DNA of 64,000 nt from an uncultured virus (IMG/VR IMGVR_UViG_3300034072_000228). Its lineage: Duplodnaviria; Heunggongvirae; Uroviricota; Caudoviricetes. The stretch lies in the IMG/VR virus record IMGVR_UViG_3300034072_000228; one strand, written 5' to 3'. The position numbers and the translations under genes are program-made. This document shows, one piece after another, positions 44,948 to 53,750 of the stretch (positions are counted from its first letter, which is position 1; every line of letters starts with the position of its first letter). The notes beneath the pieces are model-generated. The model saw only the letters and a list, made by a program, of their open reading frames with translations. It made no database searches and was not told the DNA's origin.

Positions 44948-46675
44948 TTATTGATTGATTTTGATGATTACGATACCGGAGCCGCCTTTACCACCAGCAC
45001 CACTACCTCCTGCACCACCACCGCCACCGCCGCCTGTATTATCCGTACCGGCAGTTCCCGTTGCGCCAGACGTTGAACCGGCATTCCCACCACCGCCCTT
45101 TTGAGATGTTGTAGACGTTCCACCACCTAAGCCGCCGGTTCCAGTAAATGATCCACCGCCACCTCCCCCGGAGTAATAAACCGTAGATCCCGTTATTGTT
45201 GAAGTGCTAGCTACACCACCATCACCACCGTTTGTTGCCCCTGCGGTTCCTGCGCCGCCAGCGCCACCGCCACCACCAGAGCTATAACTAGGCGCTCCAC
45301 CCCCATTACCACCGCTATTTCCTTGCCCAGAAGGGCTTGTTGAAGCAGAACCTCCTGTTGTTGTTGGAGGGTTTATCGCCTGCCCAAATCCGCCACCTCC
45401 AGAACCACCACTTCCGGCTGATGCGTTTGGACTTGTTGTTGCTCCGCTCCCACCGCCTTCTGATGTAACGGTGTCAAATACGCTATTACCTCCTTTACCG
45501 GACGCCACTCCAGATGATCCAGCCGTTCCACCAGCCCCAACTGTTATCGTGTATTCAGTGCTAGCACTAACAGGATGAGCGCTGCCAGTTCTAAATCCTC
45601 CAGCCCCACCACCACCTGCTCTGTCATAACCCCCACCCCCACCACCCGCAACCACAAGGTAGTCAACAGAGGTCACACCCGTAGGACATTTCCACTTAGT
45701 CGTGCCTTTGAATACAAAGACGGTTTGGCTAGGTACGGTGTACTTGAGGATAACAATGCCGGAGCCGCCACCCACAGCCGTAGTACTAAAAGACGCGCCG
45801 CCGCCGCCGCCACCGGTATTTGCTGAACCCGCCGTTGGATTTTGTAAAACTGAACCAGAATTACCTGAGTAAGCTCCGTTTCCACCACCACCTTTTTGAT
45901 CTGATGGGCTTGACACCCCTCCACCAAGACCGAAAGCATTCTTTACTGGCCCTGTGTAACTATTAGGTCTTGCACCACCACCGCCACCGCCAGCATAGTA
46001 AGTTGTGGCCCCAGTAATGGTTGTTGATAAGGCCGTACCACCATCTCCAGCTTTACCAAAATTTGATATTCCATCAACTGTTGCGGTTCCATTAGCGGCT
46101 TGTCCCGCACCGCCTGCTCCACCGCCACCGCCCCCTACATAATTAGCGTATGAACCTCTATCTATTGATCCAACGCCTCCAGAATTACCCTGAGACGGCG
46201 CATCGGTTGAAGTTCCTGTTACTTTGTTACCAATACCTGCTGCTGGTGGCCCTGAGTCAGACCCTCCAGATCCCCCGCCCGAACCTCCGTTAATGCCAGC
46301 TCCGTTATAAGTCCCGCCGTAGCCGCCACCCTGTGAAGTTAGCGTAGAAAACGGAGATGGCCCTGCAATGGATGATGTAGATCCATTTGTACCGCCGCTT
46401 GCGCCCCCCGCCCCGACAGTGATGGTGTAATCTTGTCCTGCGGTTACCGAAACACCTGTTCCAGTACGAAAACCACCAGCGCCACCTCCACCGCCCCCTG
46501 CTGGGTTTGTAGCTGATCCTCCACCTCCACCAGCCACTACCAAATACTCAACCTCTGTCACCCCAGTAGGGCATGTCCACGTTGAGGTAGCCGTAAAGGT
46601 TTGGACGACGGTGTATCCACCACCACCGCCACCAGCAAATACTTGTCCAATTAGGACAGACAAAATACCTGTCAT
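44948..46675 (-). CDS. Glycine-rich tail fibre protein with two tandem domains
   Basis: Two copies of W.CPTGVT.V.YLVVAGGGGG..GGSGIVI. Confidence 0.8.
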   Translation of the reverse strand: MTGILSVLIGQVFAGGGGGGYTVVQTFTATSTWTCPTGVTEVEYLVVAGGGGGSATNPAGGGGGGAGGFRTGTGVSVTAGQDYTITVGAGGASGGTNGSTSSIAGPSPFSTLTSQGGGYGGTYNGAGINGGSGGGSGGSDSGPPAAGIGNKVTGTSTDAPSQGNSGGVGSIDRGSYANYVGGGGGGAGGAGQAANGTATVDGISNFGKAGDGGTALSTTITGATTYYAGGGGGGARPNSYTGPVKNAFGLGGGVSSPSDQKGGGGNGAYSGNSGSVLQNPTAGSANTGGGGGGASFSTTAVGGGSGIVILKYTVPSQTVFVFKGTTKWKCPTGVTSVDYLVVAGGGGGGYDRAGGGGAGGFRTGSAHPVSASTEYTITVGAGGTAGSSGVASGKGGNSVFDTVTSEGGGSGATTSPNASAGSGGSGGGGFGQAINPPTTTGGSASTSPSGQGNSGGNGGGAPSYSSGGGGGAGGAGTAGATNGGDGGVASTSTITGSTVYYSGGGGGGSFTGTGGLGGGTSTTSQKGGGGNAGSTSGATGTAGTDNTGGGGGGGAGGSGAGGKGGSGIVIIKINQ

Positions 46676-47328
46676 GACACGTTCCCAGAAACCACGCAAA
46701 CCGTACCCGAGATAAATAGAATCGTAGCTACACCCCTTGTTGCTAGCGTCATCGTGGCTTTGTCTGTATCCGTTCCTGCTATGTAAGCCGTCGTTATCGA
46801 CATCGTTAGCGTGATGGATGAAGATGAGTTATTAAAGATAACCACCACATCGCCAGCAGCAAATGTTGCATCGGGTACGGTCTGGCCTGCACTCACCGAT
46901 AGCAACTTACCAACATCGCCAACTACAAGCGTATTGGTTGCATTGCTAGATACAGGCACATTCCTAAACCCAACTGGATTCGTACCATCTACCGTACAAC
47001 TTGATAGCGTTCCAGACGATGGTGTACCTAAAGCACCGTTAAGCGGCACTGCTCCAATCGTGTTGTAGCTAATCGTTTTAGCCGCAGAACCATTGAACGT
47101 AGCTCCTGACGCATCACCAGCGCCACCGCTGTTCATGGTCAAGGCATTAGACGTTGTGCCACCTACGGTTGCAAAACTCAGCGTTCCTGAACCGTCGGTG
47201 ACTAATCCTTGCCCGTTCGTTCCATCTGTACCAGGAAGCGTGAACGTTGTGTTAGAAGAGGTGTTGGCAGACTGAAACGTCGTCGTCCCAGTGCCACTTG
47301 CATTACCTTGGAATTTGATCTTACTCAT
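46672..47328 (-). CDS. Tail fibre-like protein
   Basis: TLP.TDGTNGQ.L.TDGSG.LSF; GALGTPSSG repeat shared with the upstream fibre. Confidence 0.75.
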   Translation of the reverse strand: MSKIKFQGNASGTGTTTFQSANTSSNTTFTLPGTDGTNGQGLVTDGSGTLSFATVGGTTSNALTMNSGGAGDASGATFNGSAAKTISYNTIGAVPLNGALGTPSSGTLSSCTVDGTNPVGFRNVPVSSNATNTLVVGDVGKLLSVSAGQTVPDATFAAGDVVVIFNNSSSSITLTMSITTAYIAGTDTDKATMTLATRGVATILFISGTVCVVSGNVS

Positions 47329-47337
47329 CTCGCTTCC

Positions 47338-49974
47338 TTAACCTAAAATCATCCAGGCTTGGCCCGTACCAACAGTAACCGAATATCCTGCCGCTACTGT
47401 TACAGGTGACACTGATAACCCATTTGTATTACTTGTGAATGTGTAGTTCTGGCTAATCACAATCTGTGACTCAAGAACCGGGCCACCTGAACCACCCCCA
47501 CCTCCAGAAGCCCATGTAAGCTGCCCCGTGCCATCCGTCTGCAAGAAGTAACCCGCAGAACCATAATCCGTCGGGAATGTGTAAGTCTGCGTTGACGTTG
47601 TGGCTGCATTACTTGGTTGAATACGCAGCGTCATCGTGCCAGAACCTGCGTCGTTAGACTGAAGCTCTAAGTAACCCGATGTACCAGCACCTGTATTAGC
47701 CGTAATCTGTGCATAACCAACAAATGATGCCTGACCAATATCAGTAATCGTTGCACTTGAATTCTGTATAACCTTGCCCGTGGTTGAATCAAACCTGGCA
47801 ATTGCATTATCCGTAGAACTTGCAGGCCCAGTGACATCACCGCCAGCCGCCAAGGTCGCATACTCTAAACCCGTGGCAGATCCATTCACACGCAAGTACT
47901 GGTTAGCCGTACCTAGTGCAGATAATCCTGTACCGCCATTACTGTAATTCAGCGTTCCAGTAACACCTGTTGCAAGCGGCAACCCCGTGGCATTTGCCAA
48001 ACCTATTGAAGATGGCGTACCTGCATCGCCTTCATAAAGAACAACACCGCCAGTAGTCCCTACCGTCAAACCTAAAGCCGTGGATACACCCGTACCAAGA
48101 CCCGATACACCGGTTGTGATTGGTAATCCCGTGGCATTAGTTAACGTACCTGTACTTGGCGTACCCAAAGCACCGTTAAATAATACCGGCGCTCCTGCTG
48201 TACCAACTGACTGGCCTAGAGCCGTCGCAATACCAGAACCCAACCCACTAACACCCGTAGATATGGGAAGGCCAGTCGTGTTAGTCAACGTACCGGATGA
48301 TGGCGTACCTAACGCACCACCAGGCACGATGTAATCTGTACCTGCAACCGCTGCACTCACTACACCCGTAGTACCTTTCAGGATGCCTGACAAGGTAGAG
48401 TTAGTAATGAGTTTTCCTGTAGTCCCGCTAAAAACTGGGAGTTGTCCGTTTGTTGAACTTGCCGGTCCAACAACATCACCAACGCCTACAGCCGCACCAT
48501 ATTCCAGCGCCGTACCACCGCTATTAACTCTCAGTACTTGCCCAGCCGTACCAAGTGCCGTAAGACCCGTGCCACCCGATGTAATAGGCAGCGCCGTACC
48601 AGAGTAAGTAAGTGTCAGGGTACCTGCGCCAGTAACCGGCGATCCCGATACCGTGAACATGGCAGGTGCTGATATACCCACCGAGGTAACCGTACCTACA
48701 CCAACCACCGAACCCCACTTCACGCCATAAGGCTCCGTGGAATCAGCAATAAGTACTTGCGTATCTGTACCTACAGGAAGTCTGACATTATCGCTTCCCG
48801 TATTAACAATTAAATCACCCTTGGTGGTCGTCGGTGCTAGCGCATCAAAAGCTGATGTCTTGTCGGCCTGCCCTGTACCACCAGCCGTGATTGCTAACGT
48901 ACCGCCTAGCGTGATGGTCCCGGATGTAGTAATCGGCCCGCCAGAAGTCGTAAACCCTGTACTACCACCAGATACGTTAACCGACGTAACTGTTCCCGAT
49001 CCAACAGTTGCATACTCAAGCCCCGACGCACCTGAGTTAACCCGCAATACCTGCCCCGCGGTCCCTAGTGAATTAAGCGCCGTACCACCATTGGCAATAG
49101 GTAATGTCCCTGTTACACCCGTAGACAACGGCAACGCAGTTGCATTCGTTAGCACCGCCGCAGCTGGCGTACCTAGATTAGGCGTTACAAGCGTAGGACT
49201 TGTCGCAAATACTAATGATCCAGTGCCTGTGTCATCAGATATAACGCCCCGTAACTGGTCAGACGTTGTTGATGCAAAGACCGATAAATTGTCTTGCGTA
49301 TAAGCAACCGTACCACCTGCCCCAAACGCAGCCGATGATCCATCCGTACCCGTGAAAGTCAGGGTATTGCTAGCCGTTAAGGTCTTACCATCCGCTACGG
49401 TAAGCGTAGATCCCGTGGCCGGAGAAGTGATTGTTACTTTGTTGTACTTACCTGCTGTGATGTCACCAGTCGTATCAGCAATCGTGGCGGCTGAATTCTG
49501 TATTAACTTACCTGATGTACCGTCATACCGAGCAATTGCATTATCAGTCGCAGACGCAGGACCATTCATCCCCGCAAAGGCGTAATCCGATCCATCCCAA
49601 TAAACAACAGCAGCAGCACCTGCTGTAATGGTTACGCCCGTGGTGGCAGAAGCCTTGATAACAACACTTCCATCCGATGCGTTGTTAACCAAATACCAGC
49701 TACGGCTTGTTGAGCCGCCCGGTGCAATAACATTTCTTGATGTACCAGGCGTACCCGTTACATTTAAGATGGCATAACGTGCTTGGTTGCTTGCCGATCC
49801 ATCACCGTTGGTTAACGTGATATTCCCAGATGTAACGTCTAGCGTTACCGATCCGGCAACCGCAACATCCACAGGCGACGTAAGCGCATCGTTGATGGTC
49901 GTGCCCCAAGTTCCATCCTCTGTACCATTAACAGGCTGGGCTAACTTAAGTAGCGTTGTGTAATTGATGGTCAT
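47338..49974 (-). CDS. Long tail fibre protein
   Basis: Repeats GPASSTDNAIARFD, LGTPSSGTLTNATGLP..TGV.G and GTAGQVLRVNSG. Confidence 0.85.
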   Translation of the reverse strand: MTINYTTLLKLAQPVNGTEDGTWGTTINDALTSPVDVAVAGSVTLDVTSGNITLTNGDGSASNQARYAILNVTGTPGTSRNVIAPGGSTSRSWYLVNNASDGSVVIKASATTGVTITAGAAAVVYWDGSDYAFAGMNGPASATDNAIARYDGTSGKLIQNSAATIADTTGDITAGKYNKVTITSPATGSTLTVADGKTLTASNTLTFTGTDGSSAAFGAGGTVAYTQDNLSVFASTTSDQLRGVISDDTGTGSLVFATSPTLVTPNLGTPAAAVLTNATALPLSTGVTGTLPIANGGTALNSLGTAGQVLRVNSGASGLEYATVGSGTVTSVNVSGGSTGFTTSGGPITTSGTITLGGTLAITAGGTGQADKTSAFDALAPTTTKGDLIVNTGSDNVRLPVGTDTQVLIADSTEPYGVKWGSVVGVGTVTSVGISAPAMFTVSGSPVTGAGTLTLTYSGTALPITSGGTGLTALGTAGQVLRVNSGGTALEYGAAVGVGDVVGPASSTNGQLPVFSGTTGKLITNSTLSGILKGTTGVVSAAVAGTDYIVPGGALGTPSSGTLTNTTGLPISTGVSGLGSGIATALGQSVGTAGAPVLFNGALGTPSTGTLTNATGLPITTGVSGLGTGVSTALGLTVGTTGGVVLYEGDAGTPSSIGLANATGLPLATGVTGTLNYSNGGTGLSALGTANQYLRVNGSATGLEYATLAAGGDVTGPASSTDNAIARFDSTTGKVIQNSSATITDIGQASFVGYAQITANTGAGTSGYLELQSNDAGSGTMTLRIQPSNAATTSTQTYTFPTDYGSAGYFLQTDGTGQLTWASGGGGGSGGPVLESQIVISQNYTFTSNTNGLSVSPVTVAAGYSVTVGTGQAWMILG

Positions 49975-50064
49975 ACTGTCACCACCTGAGTCCAAGTCGT
50001 CGTTACGCCAGGAGTAATACCTCCCCAGCTAGCCGTTTGCGTCGTTGTGATTGTTGTCCACATA

Positions 50065-50493
50065 CTAAGCAATCCTTAATACAGCATTTGTTGCGTCTGC
50101 CGCCGGGAAGGTAATCACAAGATTCTGTGCTGACTTCGTGATATTCACCCCGAAGTTTAATACTGCAACCGACCGATTACCATTGGTTGAGTTATAAATT
50201 AACCCGCCATTGGTCGTCAATGTCACGTTTGTGAATGTTGCCGTGTCAAAAGACCAGTACGCAGTAGTTCCTTGAAAGGTTGGCGTGATGTTTGTGAGGG
50301 TAATTCCGCCGGCCGAATAATTGGCTCCACTGGATTCACCCGCTGCGGTGTAAGCAGTCGTTGAGGCACCGAGATCCGCGTTGGCGGTGTATAAGGCCAG
50401 CTTAAAGACATCGCCCGTCCCCGTTGTAAAGTTATGCAAGCCCTGAGCCAACTCAACTTTGAAGCTTGTTGTCAGGGTTTGTATGATCGCCAT
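50065..50493 (-). CDS. Virion structural protein
   Basis: TSFKVEL..G.HNF..FKLALYT..YSAGG..LIYN. Confidence 0.75.
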   Translation of the reverse strand: MAIIQTLTTSFKVELAQGLHNFTTGTGDVFKLALYTANADLGASTTAYTAAGESSGANYSAGGITLTNITPTFQGTTAYWSFDTATFTNVTLTTNGGLIYNSTNGNRSVAVLNFGVNITKSAQNLVITFPAADATNAVLRIA

Positions 50494-51164
50494 TACACCA
50501 CCTTATCCCTAACCTGCCCAGACCTGTAAGCATCCTGACGGTCAAGACCATCACCAAGACGCTTAGCAAGGATAAGCGCTTCTTTATACCGGTTAGTTAC
50601 ATTTTGGATTAAGTCTGGCTCACCCTTCAAGAATGTATAAGCCTCTACCAGACATCCATAAAGCAATACTGAATCAAAGTTATCGCTCAGCCACGTTGTA
50701 TTTGTATCCGTATCCGTGACAGCAATAGACGTTGGATAGTAAAAGTAATGCAGCTCTACACTGTAAGCAGCATCTGGCGTTGGGCCTAAAAGAAATACCC
50801 ACTCTTTCTCATCCGTGGAATCTGGTCCGAATATGGCATAGCAATAAGGCTCACCAGTATTGCCAGATCCCGTGGGCGCGGGAAAAGCCTCACGGATAAA
50901 GTTCACATCCTTGTTGAGCAAGTACTTGTAAGAACCTGCCGCATCAATCACTGCTATTGAATAAGGGGCTAAGAAATCCGTAGGCGCCTGTAAGTAGCGA
51001 TTGTTAATCGTACAGGTTCCAGTCACGTTCTTACGTAGCGATGGAAACTGTATCGTATTGAAGATCCGCTGCTCAGCTTGTTTGGCAAACGTCTGAAGTG
51101 ATGTCGTATCAAACGTCGTTTCACAATAATCTTGTATCGCAGTCTTAAGCTCGCCCCAATTCAT
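50493..51164 (-). CDS. Head-tail adaptor / tail tubular protein A-like
   Basis: LKTAIQDY.E..QAEQRI..PTPD..Y.VELHY..LLYG.L.EA. Confidence 0.75.
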   Translation of the reverse strand: MNWGELKTAIQDYCETTFDTTSLQTFAKQAEQRIFNTIQFPSLRKNVTGTCTINNRYLQAPTDFLAPYSIAVIDAAGSYKYLLNKDVNFIREAFPAPTGSGNTGEPYCYAIFGPDSTDEKEWVFLLGPTPDAAYSVELHYFYYPTSIAVTDTDTNTTWLSDNFDSVLLYGCLVEAYTFLKGEPDLIQNVTNRYKEALILAKRLGDGLDRQDAYRSGQVRDKVV

Positions 51165-51173
51165 GATGGCTCC

Positions 51174-51434
51174 TTAAGCCATTGGCCCTCGGCACATCGT
51201 ACCTTTAGTCGCAGCCCCGGCTCCGCGCATTTTAATGCCAGATGTCTTAACCTGGTTATTAGGATTCATAGCCACACCATGCGTGGGCTGCCAATCTTTA
51301 ACCATGTTATAGGGCATTTCCTTACCCGGATTGGGCGATGCAACCACCTTGGCGCCGGTCATCGTATGCGGCTCTGCGTAAACAGACGCCGATCCAACTT
51401 CCTTGCCACCAACCTTCATTGAGTACTTAGCCAT
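51174..51434 (-). CDS. Small basic virion-region protein
   Basis: C-terminal MRGAGAATKG..RGPMA. Confidence 0.7.
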   Translation of the reverse strand: MAKYSMKVGGKEVGSASVYAEPHTMTGAKVVASPNPGKEMPYNMVKDWQPTHGVAMNPNNQVKTSGIKMRGAGAATKGTMCRGPMA

Positions 51435-51437
51435 GGA

Positions 51438-51608
51438 TTACCCCTGGTTACGTGCACGGGCAACATTACGCCCCATCTTCTTCATCATCTCTGATGTAGG
51501 ACCACCCTTACGCATCTTGGTTAAAGGCTTACCTGGGTGCATGGCTTTTTCATGCTTGTGTACCGCAGCAGCCGCGGTCTTTTTGTCCTGCTTGATGTCG
51601 TCTTTCAT
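51438..51608 (-). CDS. Small basic protein (56 aa, not in the ORF track)
   Basis: MKDDIKQDKK..HKHEKAMHPG..MRKGG..GRNVARARNQG; AGGAG RBS; fills the gap exactly. Confidence 0.7.
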   Translation of the reverse strand: MKDDIKQDKKTAAAAVHKHEKAMHPGKPLTKMRKGGPTSEMMKKMGRNVARARNQG

Positions 51609-51616
51609 GTCGGCTC

Positions 51617-52042
51617 CTAAGATACAGTGACACTGTTCAACAATGCTTGACCCACAAGATGGTTAGGGGTCATGCCGTAATCGTATGATCTTGCACCGCC
51701 AACAGGGTTGAAGCCCCACTCGATCGTTCGGCTTCCTTCTAGCGGAACACCCGTATAAAGCGGGTTAGTTCCTACCGTGTTGTTCGTCTGCATCCCGTTG
51801 TAGCCTGACTGGTAATACGAATTGGAATCGGGACGGGGATTCCGTACGGCCTGCGGATCGTCCACGGGCCACATTCCTAACTGCAACTGCGGCTGATCAG
51901 GATTCCAGCACTCAGGACATGCCAATATATTGACATTTTTTGTCTTAATTACCAAGTCCTTGAGTTGCTTAAGTTTATACCGAAATCCGCAGATATCACA
52001 CTGCGCTATGGCAAACTTACCAGATGCAAATTTATTGGGCAT
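51617..52042 (-). CDS. Zinc-ribbon-containing conserved protein
   Basis: CDICGFRY..CPECW.PDQPQ..DPQA.RNPRPD. Confidence 0.75.
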   Translation of the reverse strand: MPNKFASGKFAIAQCDICGFRYKLKQLKDLVIKTKNVNILACPECWNPDQPQLQLGMWPVDDPQAVRNPRPDSNSYYQSGYNGMQTNNTVGTNPLYTGVPLEGSRTIEWGFNPVGGARSYDYGMTPNHLVGQALLNSVTVS

Positions 52043-52523
52043 TTTCTGTCCAATGGGGTTGAGCTGGCTCTTTCATAGATGCCCTTATTTCTTGCAACAT
52101 CTTTCTCATGTCAAGCCTTGCTTGCATAACTTCATCTGGTATTGGATTTGACTGGTTGCCGTATTTCTTTCCGTTTGGGTCTCGTATTGGATATTTCAAC
52201 GCCACGGAAATTTGTTCATGTTTTACTACTGTGTACTGATGGATTTGGCTTAAAAACTCCATCGCCAAGTCGTTTTTTACTCCCCACCTATATTGAACAG
52301 ACCATCTTCTGCCATTTGGCGTACGATCTCTGCTCGCTACAATTTTCCCGCCAAACCAGTTCATCAGTAACTCTAAGCATGGCACATTTGTTTGGCTAAC
52401 CTGAGCATGAAGTACAGTTCTTATGCCATGTCTACATCTATCATTTTTTGCTAGCTCAACAATGACGCATCCTTCGCCGTCAAAGAAACCAGCGGCCCAA
52501 GCTAATTGTGTTGGTGTAGGCAT
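52032..52523 (-). CDS. Free-standing LAGLIDADG homing endonuclease
   Basis: LAWAAGFFDGEGCV..VSQT..L...FGG.I..Y.W..FL..I..Y..VK. Confidence 0.85.
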   Translation of the reverse strand: MPTPTQLAWAAGFFDGEGCVIVELAKNDRCRHGIRTVLHAQVSQTNVPCLELLMNWFGGKIVASRDRTPNGRRWSVQYRWGVKNDLAMEFLSQIHQYTVVKHEQISVALKYPIRDPNGKKYGNQSNPIPDEVMQARLDMRKMLQEIRASMKEPAQPHWTENAQ

Positions 52524-52524
52524 T

Positions 52525-53499
52525 TTAGTACCCGCCTGATCCCAAAAATCCCTGCCTCGGTACAAACCTAATCGGCGCCTTCTCACGGTCTTCATCTGCC
52601 GCTAACTGCCATGCCTCATCATACTGAGCCTTCAGCATAGCCATGCGCTCTAACCCGCCTTCCACTTTCATGGATAGCTTATAAGCTAATCCGGCAATCA
52701 AAGCCTCTTGGAATCTGAATGGGATGTCTTCCACATTCACACCATTCCCTGCGTCTTGCAACCTTCTCATCCGCCAATAAACAAGCGTGTAATAAGGTGT
52801 CGTAATCGATCCTTGATCCGGGGCCGGCCAAACCGTGACATTTGGAAACTTGGTATTACTTACCGCATCACCCGCTGTATGCGATGCAGCCGTTGTATTG
52901 TTCTGTCCACGCACCACATTATCAAGCGTTGCATAGGCCGAAACACCAGTCGCCACATTCTCGGCTTGGGTTGAAGTACCGTAGTAATAAACCGTCTCCG
53001 TGCCAATGTTTGCATATCCTGCATATGGTATCCCCGTGAGGCTAGACATCGGTATTGACGTATCAGAGGATGTAATGTTGGCTGCAAGCGTTCCAGTAAA
53101 GACATAAGTTTGACCACCCTGCCTGTCAATGTAGATCTGAATAGGCCGCCCCGTGGCAAGCTTGTTGGGGATGGTTGAATAAGTACTAACGGAGATTCTG
53201 CTGATATTAATATCCGTCTGGTTCTGGCTTTCCCCTGTTCGGATAATCGTTTCAACAAGATCAACTGTATTAATCGGTAACGGGTAGGTAATCTGATTGG
53301 CATAGAGCTGAATAGCACCTTGCTCCATGGTCCATAAATTTATCCCACGGTTTGCAAACTCGGTAAGCAAAAGATTAAGCGAGCGTCTGGCCGTCCGTAA
53401 ATCATAGCCAGACCTTAATTCCCTGCCGCAGCGTTCGTACGCTTCCTCAACAAGCTCATTTAAGTTTGGGTTAAAACTTGTGGTACCGGAGGTGGTCAT
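52525..53499 (-). CDS. Head-tail connector/adaptor-like protein
   Basis: EEAYERCG..SGYDLRTARRSLN..NRG.NLW..IPFRF..L.AGLAY. Confidence 0.75.
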   Translation of the reverse strand: MTTSGTTSFNPNLNELVEEAYERCGRELRSGYDLRTARRSLNLLLTEFANRGINLWTMEQGAIQLYANQITYPLPINTVDLVETIIRTGESQNQTDINISRISVSTYSTIPNKLATGRPIQIYIDRQGGQTYVFTGTLAANITSSDTSIPMSSLTGIPYAGYANIGTETVYYYGTSTQAENVATGVSAYATLDNVVRGQNNTTAASHTAGDAVSNTKFPNVTVWPAPDQGSITTPYYTLVYWRMRRLQDAGNGVNVEDIPFRFQEALIAGLAYKLSMKVEGGLERMAMLKAQYDEAWQLAADEDREKAPIRFVPRQGFLGSGGY

Positions 53500-53501
53500 G
53501 A

Positions 53502-53750
53502 TTACCTCTTAGCTGTCAGCGCCGACTTGCGAAATGCTTCTGCCGTGGGCGCACCTTTAGCACCAGGCTTTCTCATTTTCTCACCCGATCCTGCCGCAAT
53601 ACGCTTACGCTTGGCATTAATATTGGCGTATAACCCGACCTCGCCGCCCTGCGCAAACTGCATAAAGTCGGTGTTATCACGTCGGGATTTTAATTTGGCC
53701 TTGGGCATTTTGGAAGGGTTGATATCCCCCATTCCCCTGCTTTTCATCAT
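53502..53750 (-). CDS. Small basic virion-region protein
   Basis: SRGMG.I.PSK..FAQGG..GLYANI.AKR.R..GSGEKMRK.G.KGAP. Confidence 0.7.
   Translation of the reverse strand: MMKSRGMGDINPSKMPKAKLKSRRDNTDFMQFAQGGEVGLYANINAKRKRIAAGSGEKMRKPGAKGAPTAEAFRKSALTAKR

Noticed and set aside
50310..50318. Self-target of an array spacer (CGGCCGAAT)
   Set aside because: Only one 9-mer matches and the partner spacer does not match the adjacent sequence; expected by chance. A full target search could not be done by eye.
50300..50320. Fifth copy of the 43-bp element (GTAATTCCGCC)
   Set aside because: Only an 11-bp half match with no second arm or tail; compatible with chance
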